NCBI GenBank assembly: GCA_964016885.1
Contig: OZ024741.1
Coordinates: 357,492,001-357,556,000 of the forward strand
Length of the DNA: 64,000 nucleotides
Direction of reading: 5' to 3'
From: Eledone cirrhosa
Taxonomy: Eukaryota
Part shown: positions 35,591 to 48,237 of the stretch, piece after piece
How the letters are laid out: each line of letters opens with the position of its first letter
How positions within the stretch are numbered: the stretch's first letter is position 1
Made by a program: the position numbers and the translations under genes
Notes under the pieces: generated by a model
Told to the model about the DNA's origin: nothing
The model's input: the letters and a program-made list of their open reading frames with translations, nothing else
Database searches by the model: none

Positions 35591-38500
35591 GCTCCCTGGA
35601 ACAACAACGGATTGTCATCCACAACCAGTAGACGTCAGTTTTCCGTCACAAATGCCTACCTGCCCCCACAGAAATCTGACTATGCCCAACAGTCATCGAA
35701 TAACGTCTGGATCAACAACCTATCAAACGAATGAGGAATTATCTGCGGATATCTCAATGCTCACCATTCAACGTGGGACCCAGTTTGCAAAAGCTGATAC
35801 CCGCGGTTCAGATATCATCAACTGGCTTGAAGACAACTCCAAATCCATTCTAAATGATGGAACCCCGATGCAAGCCATGAGATACCAACAGGGAGCAGGA
35901 ATAAGTGCACAAGATCTTACAATAGTAGATCTGGACTCAGTCAACCAATTCTCATGGTATACTGTGAATGATCTTGGTTCAGATCATCTTCCAATCGTTA
36001 TCCACTGGGGTGTCAATCTTCAAGTAGAACGACCATAACAGAAACAACAGAGAAACTATCAAAAAGCAGACTGGCCAAAATTCTGGGAATTTGTTGAAGA
36101 GGGAATTAACAAAGTCTCCAATGAAGCCTCCCACTCAAGTAAATTGGCAGCACTTCTCACACTCCTTAAAAAGGCAGAAGCCGTGGCAGTTCCCCTGAAG
36201 ACCATCTGTAAGAATGAATGCCCATGGATGACAACGGAGCTAAAAAGTCTGATAAAAAACGCAATCGTCTCAGGTGAGATCTTAAGAACAATCACAAATT
36301 GTGGTTAGAGACCTCACGCGAGGTGGTTAGGAAAACAGATGAGTGCAAGAGGGAGGCCTGGAGGAAACACCTACAGACGATATCTGAGACGAAAGATAGT
36401 AAAAGGGCCTGGTCAGTAGTTCGATCGTTGTCAGGAAAAGGCTGCGCAAACAACAGCAAGTCCATACTATACAAAGGGGCGACCTATGCTAGCGACCGAT
36501 CGAAGGCTGCAGCTTTCATTCAAGAGTATGCCGCAGTTAGCGGAAGAAAGCCAGGTAAAAACACTAGAAAAGATGTACGGGAGCTACGACTCAACATCCA
36601 GAGTGCTCAAAACTCACCAAGACATAAGTTTGAAGCAGCCTTCACCATCGATGAACTACAGAAAGCATTGAACCAAATAAAAACCGGGAAAGCGGCTGGT
36701 CCCGACCAGATAGCACCAGATCTTCTCAAACACCTACCGCCAATGGCCTTAAAAACATTGTTAGACCTACTAAATTTTAGCTGGTTGGAGAATTGGTGCC
36801 CACAAGATTGGCGAATGGCGACTATTGTTCCCTTTCATAAAAAAGGGAAAGACCCGGCGGATGTGGGGAGTTATCGACCAATTGCGCTAACCTCAGCGAT
36901 AGGGAAGCTCTTAGAGTGTTTGATTGCGAACCAGTTAACTTGGTGGCTAGAGGAATACTCCATTCTTAGTCTCTGGCAAGCTGGTTTCAGAAAGGGCTGC
37001 AGCACCACCGATCAGTGCCTCCAATTGTCCCAGTTCATTTCAGATGGCTTCCAGTCATTGGATCAAAACCGCATCGTTGCTACATTCTTCGACTGCATAT
37101 GATCGTGTGTGGAGAACAAGACTGCTGCAAGATGAGGCTTGGCATTCCCCTGTGTTTCGTCGAGTGGTTATCCGCCTGGTTTACAAACCGTAGAGCAAGA
37201 GTCTGAATTAATGGGACCACTGGTCGCAGTCGCGTTTTTAAGAAGGGCTACCGCAAGGTTCCGTCCTTTCACCAATGCTTTTCACAATCTTCATAAATGG
37301 TCTACTCGATCAATTCGACAACACAACACATGTCAGCGCATACGCCAATGATCTTGCTATCGCATGCTGTGGTAAGAAAAAGGAGGAAATAGCGCAACGG
37401 TTACAAAAGGAAGTGGATCAAGTGATAGCATGGAGTAAAGAAGTTAAACTCCCACTTAACACATTAAAATGCGAGTAAACCTTCTTTAGAACATCCAGTG
37501 CAGAAGCGAGGTGGCAACCAAATATTACTATTGACGGGGTAAGACTATCCTTTAACCCATATCCCGTCTTTTTGGGTGTCACATATGATAGGACACTCCT
37601 CTCCTTTGGGGAACATGTTAAAAAGATCTGCCAAAAACTTCAACAGCGCGTCAACATCCTGCGCACCCTTGGGGGTACCTCCTGGGGCTGGCATACCGCA
37701 GATCTTCGTCAAGTATACATCGCAGTGCACTGCAGCCTGGCCTAGTACGGCTCCCCAGGTTGGGCTCCCTGGGTGTCAGCCACTAACATCGGCAAGCTTG
37801 AAAGAGCACAACTAGAAGCAGCTCGAGCGATCACTGGACATCTACGCACAACACCAACTGACGCTGTTCTACTTGAAGCACACCTTCCACCGTTGGAATG
37901 CCACTTTCATGCTCTCTCCCTCTTGAAAGTGGATGAATGGGCACACCTCCCCACCTCTGATCATCAAAACCAATTACTCAATGCTAACGTAAGGCACCAA
38001 CTCCACCGTCTTGATTGGCGATGTAGACAGCTGCCAGCCTTTGATTGTCTTGGCATACCCTCGACAACAGACACCCAACTACCACATAAGAAGCCGCCGT
38101 GGGAATTACCACCACCAATCCCTGCTTCCTTTACCCCGGTTAGCAAATCAATGCCAGTAGCACTACAACTTAAAGCGGCACTGGATTATCTATCGACACT
38201 CTCCCGGGCCGACATTGGCGTGTATACAGATGAATCAACATGCGACGGTACAACCAATGGCGGCGCCGGTCTCGTAATCATCCAAAATGAAGAGGTAGCT
38301 CACGAGTGGCACACTCCGACGGGCGCTCGTAGCAGTTCCTTTCATTCCGAAAGAATTGCATTCAAACAAGTCCTCCTATGGTTACAGGCAGACACCAGCT
38401 GGGAGTCCTCCAATGTCATCTGTGATTGCAAGTCGCTAGTTCAAGCAGTCAACAACCCCTTCCCCCATAACCCTTTCATTACCGAGCTGCAAGGGATCGC

Positions 38501-39031
38501 TAACAAAATCACAAAGGGGGAACCTTAGCAGCTGTCGGGGTCCCGGGGCACTGCAACATCAAAGGGAATGAACTGGCAGACGCCCAGGCGAAACAAGGCT
38601 CAGCATCTACTCAACTGGAAAGTTCAATCGATGCCGCCACCCAACACGCCGTCATTTGCCAGGAATTTCGCCCACCACCGATCCAGCATCAACATCTTCA
38701 ATCAGTCTTTAGCCTCCACCCAAATGAAGAGAGTGAGCAAACTCTCTCCAAAGCAGATAGGAACCATCTCGTCCGCTTCCGCAGTGGACATCACACGTCA
38801 TTAAGGAGATGGCTCCATATGATCGGCCAAGTGGAAATCAACACATGCCGTCTGTGCGGAGAGGAAGAAGAATCCTCCGAACATCTTTGGCTGAGATGTC
38901 CGGCCTTGATGGTGGATTGTTATCACCACCAACTCGGCTCCGGCATGGCTGAACTCATGCGTCTCCCACACGCCAGTCCAGCGCGACTGAGGGTAATCCT
39001 CAGGCAGCTGCGGTAAGAAAAAAAAAAAAAA
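35591..39031 (+). mobile_element. I-group (Ingi-like) LINE, 5'-truncated: APE endonuclease, RT, RNase H, C-terminal zinc knuckle, poly(A)
   Basis: APE: NAYLPP, DLNAHH, LNDGTP, GSDHLP. RT: KAAGPDQI, SYRPIALTS, QAGFRKG, GLPQGSVLSP, YANDL. RNase H: YTDES, CDCKS, VPGHCNIKGNELAD. C-terminus: CRLCGEEEESSEHLWLRC. A-tail at 39018-39031. Frameshifted. Confidence 0.9.
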
Positions 39032-39375
39032 CAACAGCAACAACAACAACATCCACAACAATAACAACATCAACAACAACAGCAACAGCAACTGCAACGA
39101 CAACAACAACAGCAACAGCAACAGCAACAGCATCAACAACAACCACAATAACAACAACAGCAACAATAAGAACAACAGCATCAACAACAACCACAATAAC
39201 AACAACAGCAACAATAAGAACAACAACAGCAATAACAACATCAACAACAGCAACAATAACAATCACAATAACAACATCAACAACAGCAACAATAACAATC
39301 ACAATAACAACATCAACAGCAGCAACAACAACAACAACAACAATAACAATCACAATAACAACAACAGCAATAATC
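39032..39375. repeat. (AAC)n degenerate microsatellite, continuing 35500-35590
   Basis: aac/agc/aat runs on both sides of the LINE. Confidence 0.9.
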
Positions 39376-39874
39376 AAAGAAGGTTTGCTTCTATATGTAT
39401 TGTTAAGCAAGTGTTACTGTTGATACACTTATTTGTGGATTGTTTCACTGAGAAAGTGGATATTTGATATTTAAATTATTTAGTTAAAAGTGAAGGTTGC
39501 TATAGAATAGTTTCAAATTTCATGAAACTCTTTATACAATGGGAATTATTTTCAACCAAAGCAGTTTGAAATTTATCTTTAAACTGTTTTTAAATAGAAT
39601 GCATGAACTGACTTCAGATTTCAAATAGAAAATATTATAGAGTCACTGTCAGTTTTATACAGGCATGATTATGAGTTGTTTTTTTGAAAAAATGTAATAC
39701 ACACACACACGTATATACAATATATATATGGTATCAGAAACATCCACCCCACACTGTAAAGTGGTCGTGTAGTAGGTGTCACGATAAAAAGCACCCAGCC
39801 CACACTGCAAAATGGTTGTGTAGGTGTCACGACAAAAAGCACCCAGCCCACACTGTAAAGCGATTGTGTAGGTG

Positions 39875-41365
39875 TCTTTCTGTAACTTTCATGACCTGAT
39901 CCATCAGTTTTATTTTGCAACAGTTCCCTCTGTCTAGTGCATCATTTTTGCCCTTGTAACAGTTGATGCTGCTGCTGCTATGCCAGTCATTGGGCATGGC
40001 ACGATTTTGTATTACTTGGTTAACAATATAGGTAGTTATTGTGTGCCCTACCATCCCAGATGCTTTCAGCATCACAGCAATTATTCCAAATGGCCCTGCT
40101 GCTTTGTCTGTTTTAATATCCTTAATTGCATTAATTACAACACTGCTACTAACTTGCTGGTCCATCTGTAGGGTCCACTTGGGGCAGGCTATCTTCCTCC
40201 CATACATTCTCCTCATTCATCAGTCTCTCATAATGACATTTCCATGCTACCTTCTTTTTGGTTTCAGTGATGGGCAAGTGCTTCATTGTCATCTCGAACA
40301 CAATTCTCTCCCACAACATCACTATTTTCCCTGACACACTGCCTTGTGATCCTGAACACCTCTCATCTTTGGTCAGCACACCGCATAACATGCATTTTTA
40401 CTTTCCACTTCCCTCCTTGCAAAGTATACTTGTCACCTCACCTCTCTCCTAGCCACTTGGTGAGGTTCTCTGCTACCCCCATTTTGCCATTTCTTCCATG
40501 CCTGCCTCTTGGACTTAATTGTTTCATCCACCCTACTATTTCACCACCAAGTTACTCTCCAACTCTGCTACATCCATATACCTAATTTGTGGCTTTCAGT
40601 AAATTGTCTCTCAGGAGCTCCCACTGCTTCTCTATATTGTATGTCGCTATTTCTTCTTCCTTATTATCAAAAGCATCAAGTAAGGTATCCTTAAATTTGT
40701 TACAGACTAAGGGCTCCTTCATTTTCTATATCCTCCTCCTCCATGTTGCCCTCTGTCTCCAAGTTCATCTAGCTCGAATTAGCAAGTCACTGACTACTAG
40801 GTTATGCTTGGAGGTGCATTCCTCACTCGGGAGTGCCTTTGTATTTATGATCATCACTCTATCTCACTTTCTGGTGAGGATGAAATCTATTTGGCTGGAG
40901 TACTTACTTGGTGATCAAGGGGTTGACAGATCGTCAGTTCATTAGTGTCACAGAATTCAAGGAGCCTGGATCCCTCCTCATTTCTTGCACCAAGCCTGTA
41001 CCCACTGTGTATCCTGTAGAAGCCATCATTGTGTTGCCCAACATATCCATTAAGGTCTCCTGCTATAATTAATAGTTCCTTGTCATTTACTGGAGAAATA
41101 GTCTGTTTTAGGGATTCATAGACATCATCTTTTAATCCGCCTGGAAGTCCCGAATGTGGTGCATATGCTGTTATAATATTCGTTCTATTTGGGACTGTCC
41201 TGAATTTAATGATTCTGTCACTTGCCCTGTTGACTGTGATGACATTAACAACTCATTTTTCTGCTAACAAAATACCTACTCCATTTAGCTCGTAATCATT
41301 TCCTACCCAGAAAAATGTGCAGCATTGTTCTTTACCAAGGAGTCTAGCTAATCCTCCTTTCCACC
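39875..41365 (-). mobile_element. RTE-clade LINE fragment (APE endonuclease through start of RT)
   Basis: Minus strand encodes IITAYAP, IIAGDLNGYVG, QIDFILTRK, KAAGPFGI and CYKGKNDALDRGN..IKLMDQVMKVTER. Confidence 0.85.
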
Positions 41366-42245
41366 TCTACAATCTCTACAATCTCTCGTGATATTCCTCT
41401 CATTGTGCCTACATTAATGGTTGTGGTTCAAAAGTTTTGGAGTTTGTTGGAGAGGCGGGGATGAGAGCTTTGGAAGGGGATGGAATCTTTATTAGGGTTG
41501 GTGCCAGCTTTCCATGCCTAAAATAAAGAAGATTCACTTGGTCGCCTGCATTCAAACCCCAAATCCTGCCGCTACACAGTCCAACCAAAAACACACACCA
41601 CTTGTACCATATATTAATAATAGTAATAGTAGTAGTGAAGTTAGAGTCAAAATTTTTGAAGATAGTTAGCGCTACTGGTGTTTGAGTATTCTAGAAGTAT
41701 GGTGATTTGTGAAGGTGGGCAGATGGGAAAAGAAGAAGCGACACCTATAAATCTACTCTATGTATGGGATAAATATATGTTAAACCCTACAAAAGAGAAA
41801 GAGAAATATCAAATATAATTTTTTCATTATGTGTACACATGTACACTACACTAAGATATTCATTTAAAAAATCCTATGAGAGAAAAAGAAACTGAATTTA
41901 TATATATAAATCTACCCACTCCAACAAGTATATATACACACATGCATACATTCTTCTTCTTCTTCTTCTTGAAGAAGAAGAATGTGTACATTCATTCATT
42001 TTAAAATTCTATGGGAGAAATATAAGATTTATACATATATATATATATATATAAGTAAATGTACACACTCTTACACATATATAAACACACATGCGCGCAT
42101 GCATTTTAAAACTCTACAAGAGAAATGTTATCTATATACTACTAAAACTATGTGATTGTGTGCTTGTCTGTAATTTAATACAACCAAAACGGCACGTAAT
42201 GGGAAAATACTTTGAAAGGAAGCGATAGTGGTTGTGAGACAATAG

Positions 42246-42327
<82 letters not shown>

Positions 42328-42653
42328 TGTGAGAAGAAGACAGAGAAGGAAAATGGAAGAGAGAGAAAGCTGGTAGTATTGTTGAATGAAATTATAACAG
42401 GTGACTTTAAAGAATCGAATACAGCATTACTGTATCTAGCTCGAATTTGGTGACTAAATATTAAGTCATATGTATCATATAACTTGTGTTAGGACAGGAT
42501 GTGTGTAGCGAATATTTCCTGCTAAATTGGAAAGGTTTCTAAGTATGTTTGTGTGTTTATATATATATATATGCGTGTGTGTATATTTATATATATATAT
42601 ATATATTAATGAAAAAGAACAAAGGAACTATTATGACATTATAACAAGTTTAT

Positions 42654-42700
42654 TGCCGACAGCCGTTTCGTCCGACCATATGGTGGGACTTTTCAAGGCA
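42654..42700 (-). ncRNA. Minimal type I hammerhead ribozyme (U3-A8 variant)
   Basis: Reverse complement reads tgcc TTGAAAA gtcc-c-acca-ta-tggt-c-ggac GAAA cggctg TC ggca. Confidence 0.7.
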
Positions 42701-43405
42701 TATAACATGTGATTGTAAGTTCATTATTTACATCAACGTTTCACACAAGATTAGCAGTTTGAAATTGTGGTATACATCAGCAGGGTCTCTCGGAAGAGGT
42801 TCTTATTAAAAATATTAAAGGGGCCTTTTCTGAGGGATTTTTTGAAGGCTTTTTGAATTAACCTTTAATTGATTAGTTTCTTTCAACTTAGTAGGGATTA
42901 TCAAAACTTCGTAAATTTTCTGAAATTTTTTAACGTGATCTCTGGGGAAGAAAATTTTTTTCTTTCGAAAAAAAAATTTTTCTCTCGAAGGAATTTTTTA
43001 GGAAACTTTATATTTTTTTAGGAAACTATATTTTTATTTTTTTATTTTTTTTAGTCTCTTAATCTCTTCTGGTTTGTTAGGTTTATTGGGGCTTATAAGC
43101 TTTATGCACTTATTGAGGGATTTTTTAAGGTGCCTCTACGGGATCCCAAGTCTTTTACTTTTAATGCGTAAATTATAAATTATCTAATTTTTAACCTTCA
43201 ATCCCTGACTCTTAGGCCCTTTTCAAATTCTCTTAACTCCCCATAACCCATCCCTTTTACAACTCCGACAACTAATATAAAAGAGCCCTCTTAGAATATA
43301 GACCCCAAATATACAAGCGGAGCTGCTGATGTATACCACAATTTCAAACTGCTAATCTTGAGTGAAACGTTGATGTAAATAATGAACTTACAATCACCTG
43401 TTATA

Positions 43406-43452
43406 TGCCTTGAAAAGTCTCACCATATGGTCGGACGAAACGGCTGTCGGCA
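43406..43452 (+). ncRNA. Minimal type I hammerhead ribozyme (U3-A8 variant)
   Basis: tgcc TTGAAAA gtc..accatatggt..gac GAAA cggctg TC ggca. Stem I is tgcc/ggca and the cleavage triplet is GUC. Confidence 0.7.
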
Positions 43453-43627
43453 ATAAACTTGTTATAATGTCATAATAGTTCCTTTGTTCTTTTTCATTAA
43501 TATTTCTGCTCTGCTTATACGCATAGAGCTTAACTAGCTACCGTCCCATATTTGGTAGGTCAGGCGTGATCATCGCGATTCACATACGACCTACCATACA
43601 TCTTACTTATATATATATATATATATA

Positions 43628-43990
43628 TCATCATCATCATCATCATCATCGATTAACGTCTTTCTTCCATGCTAGCATGGGTTAGATGGGTTTGTTTCAT
43701 TTAGAGGTAAGTTAGATCAGGTGACCGTGTCTCGCTCATATAGGAGAGTTTCTGGCTGGTTTTCTACTGCTGATGCCCTTCCTAACGCCAACCACATTGA
43801 CAGTGCGTGCTGGGTGCTATTTGCAGTGTCTTTTACACGTCCACTTTACAGTGTGGGCTGGGTGTTTTGGGGTTGGTTTTCAACGGCTTGTTGCCCTTCC
43901 TAACGCCAACCACATTGACAGTGTGTGCTGGGTGCTTTTTGCAGTGTCTTTTACACATCCACTTTATAGTGTGGGCTAGGTGTTTTATTT
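43628..43990 (-). mobile_element. RTE-associated ccacactgtaaa repeat with internal duplication
   Basis: (atc)n-ttaacgtc..ttccatgctagcatgg tail, with a duplicated cccttcctaacgccaaccacattgacagtg block. Confidence 0.7.
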
Positions 43991-44349
43991 TGTAATATTA
44001 CACTTTCAATAGAGAAAGTCTTCACCAAATTAATAATTTGGATTAAAATTTTGAATTCCCAGCTTTTAATAACTTTTCTTTCACATTTTGATTATCTCTT
44101 TTATCATATTCTTCAAACCCATTTGTATGTTTTCTGTTGTGTTAAACAAATTTTCTTTTTCTTATTACAGAAATTCAACATATATTTATATATATATTTA
44201 TATATATATATTATTTATATATATATATTTATATATATTATATATATTATATATGTAAAAGGTAAACAGAAATAACAACACAATCGGTACAGTATATGGA
44301 AGGAATATATTAGTTTAACACTTTAACACTTGAAATAGCAGGAAGAGGG

Positions 44350-44385
44350 TCTTAACATTTAGGACGCTAGTCCTTCATCAGAAGA
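44350..44385 (-). ncRNA. Degenerate minimal hammerhead in a Penelope-like pLTR fragment
   Basis: Reverse complement reads tctt CTGATGA aggac tagc gtcc TAAA tgt TA aga. GAAA is mutated to TAAA. The fragment abuts (TA)n at 44180-44253. Confidence 0.5.
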
Positions 44386-45692
44386 AAGAATGAGAAATTA
44401 GAAAGATTGAAGGGACAGGCAGGGCGGAATCGGAAAAAAATGTTTTTTAGAGAAAAATAACAGGTCCATTCATGTTGCCATCTCTTGGAAAACTGTTGAT
44501 GCTGGCATTTTGTGTATGATATACTTTTTTAGAAAAGTGGATGATGGAGCGCATCTACCTGAAATGAAAAAAAAAAAATGTTTTGTAAAGAAAGCTATAT
44601 ATGTGCGGGTGCATATGCGTATGTGTATACATGTGTTATTATACATTCGTATGAAGCTAAGGGGATATGTGTGTGTATATAAGTAAAAGTGTGTGTGTGT
44701 GCTTGTAAGTACGAATCTGTCAGCAAAAGTATGTCAATATAAGTGTGTGTGTGTGTGTGTTAATATAAGGGAAAAGTAGAGGTGTGTGTGCGTATTTTGT
44801 TGGTCTGTATCAGCTGTAAGAGTATATGTTTCTGACCATAAGAGGGCCATAGGAATCTAGGGGTGAATGTACAAGTGTATGTGTGATAACGGATGGGGAA
44901 AACAGCATAACGTTATTTATGTGTGTAGAATATTTCCTGTTAAATAAAAAAGGGTTCTAAGTGTGTGTGTATATGTTTGTGTGTGTGTGTGTACACTAAT
45001 ATGTGTGTGTGTGCACATATATATGTGCGTGTGTGCATGTATATATATATATATGCGTGTGTGTGTCTGTGACCAGTGTACTTAGGTCACAGACACCCAC
45101 ATATATATAAATATACATACGCACATATATATATGTATACACACACACGCACGTACACACACACATAGACCTTTTAATTTCATTTTACATTATATACATG
45201 TCTGTATATTTTAATTATCTAAAAATTATTTTTAAGTGAACATGTCCCGTTGTGTCACGTGCGGTCTAGTATATATAATATACAAAGAATCAGTATTGCA
45301 TCATATACATATTTAATTATATATTACATATGTTTCACTGCTGGTCAGCTTGAAGAATGATCGATTGATGATCGTTCCTGACTCTGGAATCGGAAGCTCC
45401 TAGATATGTGTTCACATGTAGACTCATGCCTGAGAGTGGTTGGATAGTGCAGTTAAGCATGAATAGCTTCTATATGAGACCAGCGTAAAATGCCTTCTTG
45501 ACCAAGAAATAGCAGTAATGGCTGCTGAGTTCAAGGTCACCTCTCCACTGAGATTTGACCAAATACAATTTAACAGGATGAATACAACGATAACACATTC
45601 CTTTAGCAGAGTGTGTGGCAGCCAAAAATAATAAACCGGGACAACTAACTGCACTATTCAACCACTCTTAGGCACGAGTCTACATTTCAACA

Positions 45693-45782
45693 TATATCTG
45701 AGGAGCTTCTGATTCCAGAGTCAGGATCGATCATTAATCGATCGTTCCTTGAGCTGATCGGCAGTGCAACATATGTAATATG
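45693..45782 (+). ncRNA. Hammerhead-like motif with long stem II (degenerate)
   Basis: tatat CTGAGGA [gcttctgat...atcggcagt, ~60-nt hairpin] GCAA catatg TA atatg. The inverted copy at 45320-45409 retains GAAA. Confidence 0.55.
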
Positions 45783-45852
45783 TAATTAAATATGTATATG
45801 ATGCAACACTGATTCTTTGTTCCCTTATATATTATCATTATTGATTCTCTGC

Positions 45853-46033
45853 GGTGGATTGGCAGTATCGGTAGAGGGTCGGACGCCATGCTTTCCAGCA
45901 TAGTTACGTCCCTTTACGATCTGAGTTCAAATCCCGCCGAGGTTAACTTTGCCTTTCATCCTTACGGGGTCGATAAAATAAAGTACCAGTAATGCACTGG
46001 GTAATTGCTGGCCTTGTGCCTAAAGTAGAAACA
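45853..46033 (+). mobile_element. tRNA-derived SINE, family A, with 16-bp TSD
   Basis: Flanked by attattgattctctgc at 45837-45852 and 46034-46049. Confidence 0.92.
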
Positions 46034-46117
46034 ATTATTGATTCTCTGCTCCCTATGAGCATTAAATGCTTATCTTGGCATACCGCCTACGGATGCAATT
46101 AATCTGCACCTCTAATA

Positions 46118-46174
<57 letters not shown>

Positions 46175-47349
46175 AGTATTAACTCAGGCTATGAAGAGTC
46201 TTTTGATGGTTGTTAGTAGGAGGGAAATGGACATTAAATGATGATGATGATGATGACTCTATCCCCCAAGATGCCATGCTGTGAGATGAAACCTAGGACA
46301 TCATGATTGTAAAGAAAACTTCTTAACAACTGAGCTATACTTATATCTACAATATAGTTCATTTTATATCCATGACAGAGTATTAAGTGAATATGTTAAA
46401 TGCTAAAATGCTTAACATTTTATAGTCACAGTAAAATTTTCCAAACTAGTGAAACTTCTACTTTTGATCTAAATTTAAGTAAGAAATCAAAGAAGCATGT
46501 AATTTTCTTGATATTATTATAGCTATCATCATCATCATCATTATTATTATTATTTTTATGGTTGTTATTGTTGTTGCTGTTGCTGTTGTTGCTACTGTTG
46601 TTGCTTCTATTGTTGTTTTTGCTAGTCTTTTGAAGAGCTGTCTCTTCCTTTCTCATACAATTTGGTTATTAACTTATGATAGTTTCACCTTTCAAGTTAG
46701 TTTTACTAAGAAGCAGAAAATCGAAAGTTACATACTTTAAAGATAATTTCAACAAATTTATATACTTACATTTCTCCATAATAATAATGTAAATTCTACC
46801 AAAAATTCAAAGACATTTATGAAATCTGTTGGAGACTATAAAATGCCACAGTAACATACAGGATTAAAATACTTTAAAAAATAAAATTAGTTTTGTAGTC
46901 AGAATTCTTTCATTCTTTTACTGGTTTCAGTCCTTAGACTGTGGCCATGCTGTAGTGACACCTTGAAGAGATTTGGTTAATCATATTGACTTGACTCTAA
47001 TTCTTCCTTTTTCAAGTCTTGTACTAATTTATTGATCTCTTTTTGTTCAAACTGCTAAGTTGCTGGACATAAACAAGCAATAAATGTAATCTCAGACATG
47101 GACACACAAACATACATATACACACATATGCACATACGTACACACACACACACACGGGCACACGCACATACACTCACACTCACACTCACACACACCTATA
47201 TATATATATGCAGCAGGCTTCCTTACAGTTTCAATCTACTAAAGTTCACTCACAAGGCATTGGTCAACCCAAAGCTATAGTAGAAGACATTTGTCCAAGT
47301 TTCTGTGCAGTGGGGAGAGGTTCTGAGTGACTTCCATCCGTCACACAAT

Positions 47350-47424
<75 letters not shown>

Positions 47425-48237
47425 TATGTATGTGTAAAAGGAAGGAATGGGATGGTGAAAAAACTATAGCAAAACAGCAGCTGGCGTTCCATTTGGTACA
47501 CTGTGTGTGAATGTATGTGTATGTGTGTGTTTGTGTAAATGTATGTATGTGTGAATCTATGTGTGAATGTATCCCTGTGAGTGTGTATTTTTGTAAGTGC
47601 GTCTGTGTTTGCGTGTTTATATTTATATACTCATACATATAAATGTATGCATATGCACATACACATACGCGTCAGCGTGTTGAAAAAAATTCTAGTATTA
47701 AAAATTTCAGATTATACAATATATGCTGTGTTGTTCATAAAATAAATTCTTCTTCTATTATTTCTTATGCTAGCATATGTGACATAGATTTTGAAAATTT
47801 TAATATATAGTGATCCTGCATCATACGTGGTTTTAAATAATGTATATCTGGTTAGAAATTTTTTTTTTCAATTCAGAAACGGCTATAAAACATCCTGTTT
47901 CCACACGAAACCATAAGGAAGAAAAACCTACCGCTATTGATATTTTTTCCTGAAGTTTCTCAGCCATCAGAGAACCTGACGTTATGCCCCTTCTCTTAAA
48001 CATTGACAGGCATACATAATTTATATACGGGTCTCAAGTAAGATGGTGAGTTTCAGGAACCACATAACATTGTAAGATGTGGGTTTAATGTATTGTTGGA
48101 GCTGTCATGTTTACAGTACTAAGAAATAGAGGAATAAGTGGTAGAGACTAATCTGAAAGAAACTGAACACTACAAGATGGCAAAAGACTACAGCAAGTAG
48201 TGAGATGCTGAGATGTATAAGACCTGTCTCAAGACAT

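Larger units (their letters stand above)
42603..43608. mobile_element. Penelope-like element remnant with ~180-bp inverted pseudo-LTR arms, TA-flanked
   Basis: 42603-42784 is the near-perfect reverse complement of 43323-43503. Each arm has a hammerhead motif followed by AATAAA. (TA)n lies on both sides. Confidence 0.7.
42131..45269 (+). mobile_element. Probable non-autonomous Helitron carrying nested insertions
   Basis: 5' A|TCTATATACTACTAAAA and 3' weak hairpin then CTAG|T. An internal repeat (gaatatttcctg..aagg.ttctaagt) occurs at ~42510 and ~44928. Confidence 0.4.
45282..46120. mobile_element. Penelope-like element remnant with ~175-bp inverted arms, SINE-interrupted, ending at (TA)n
   Basis: 45282-45455 is a diverged reverse complement of 45646-45820, and both arms carry a hammerhead motif. 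Confidence 0.7.
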
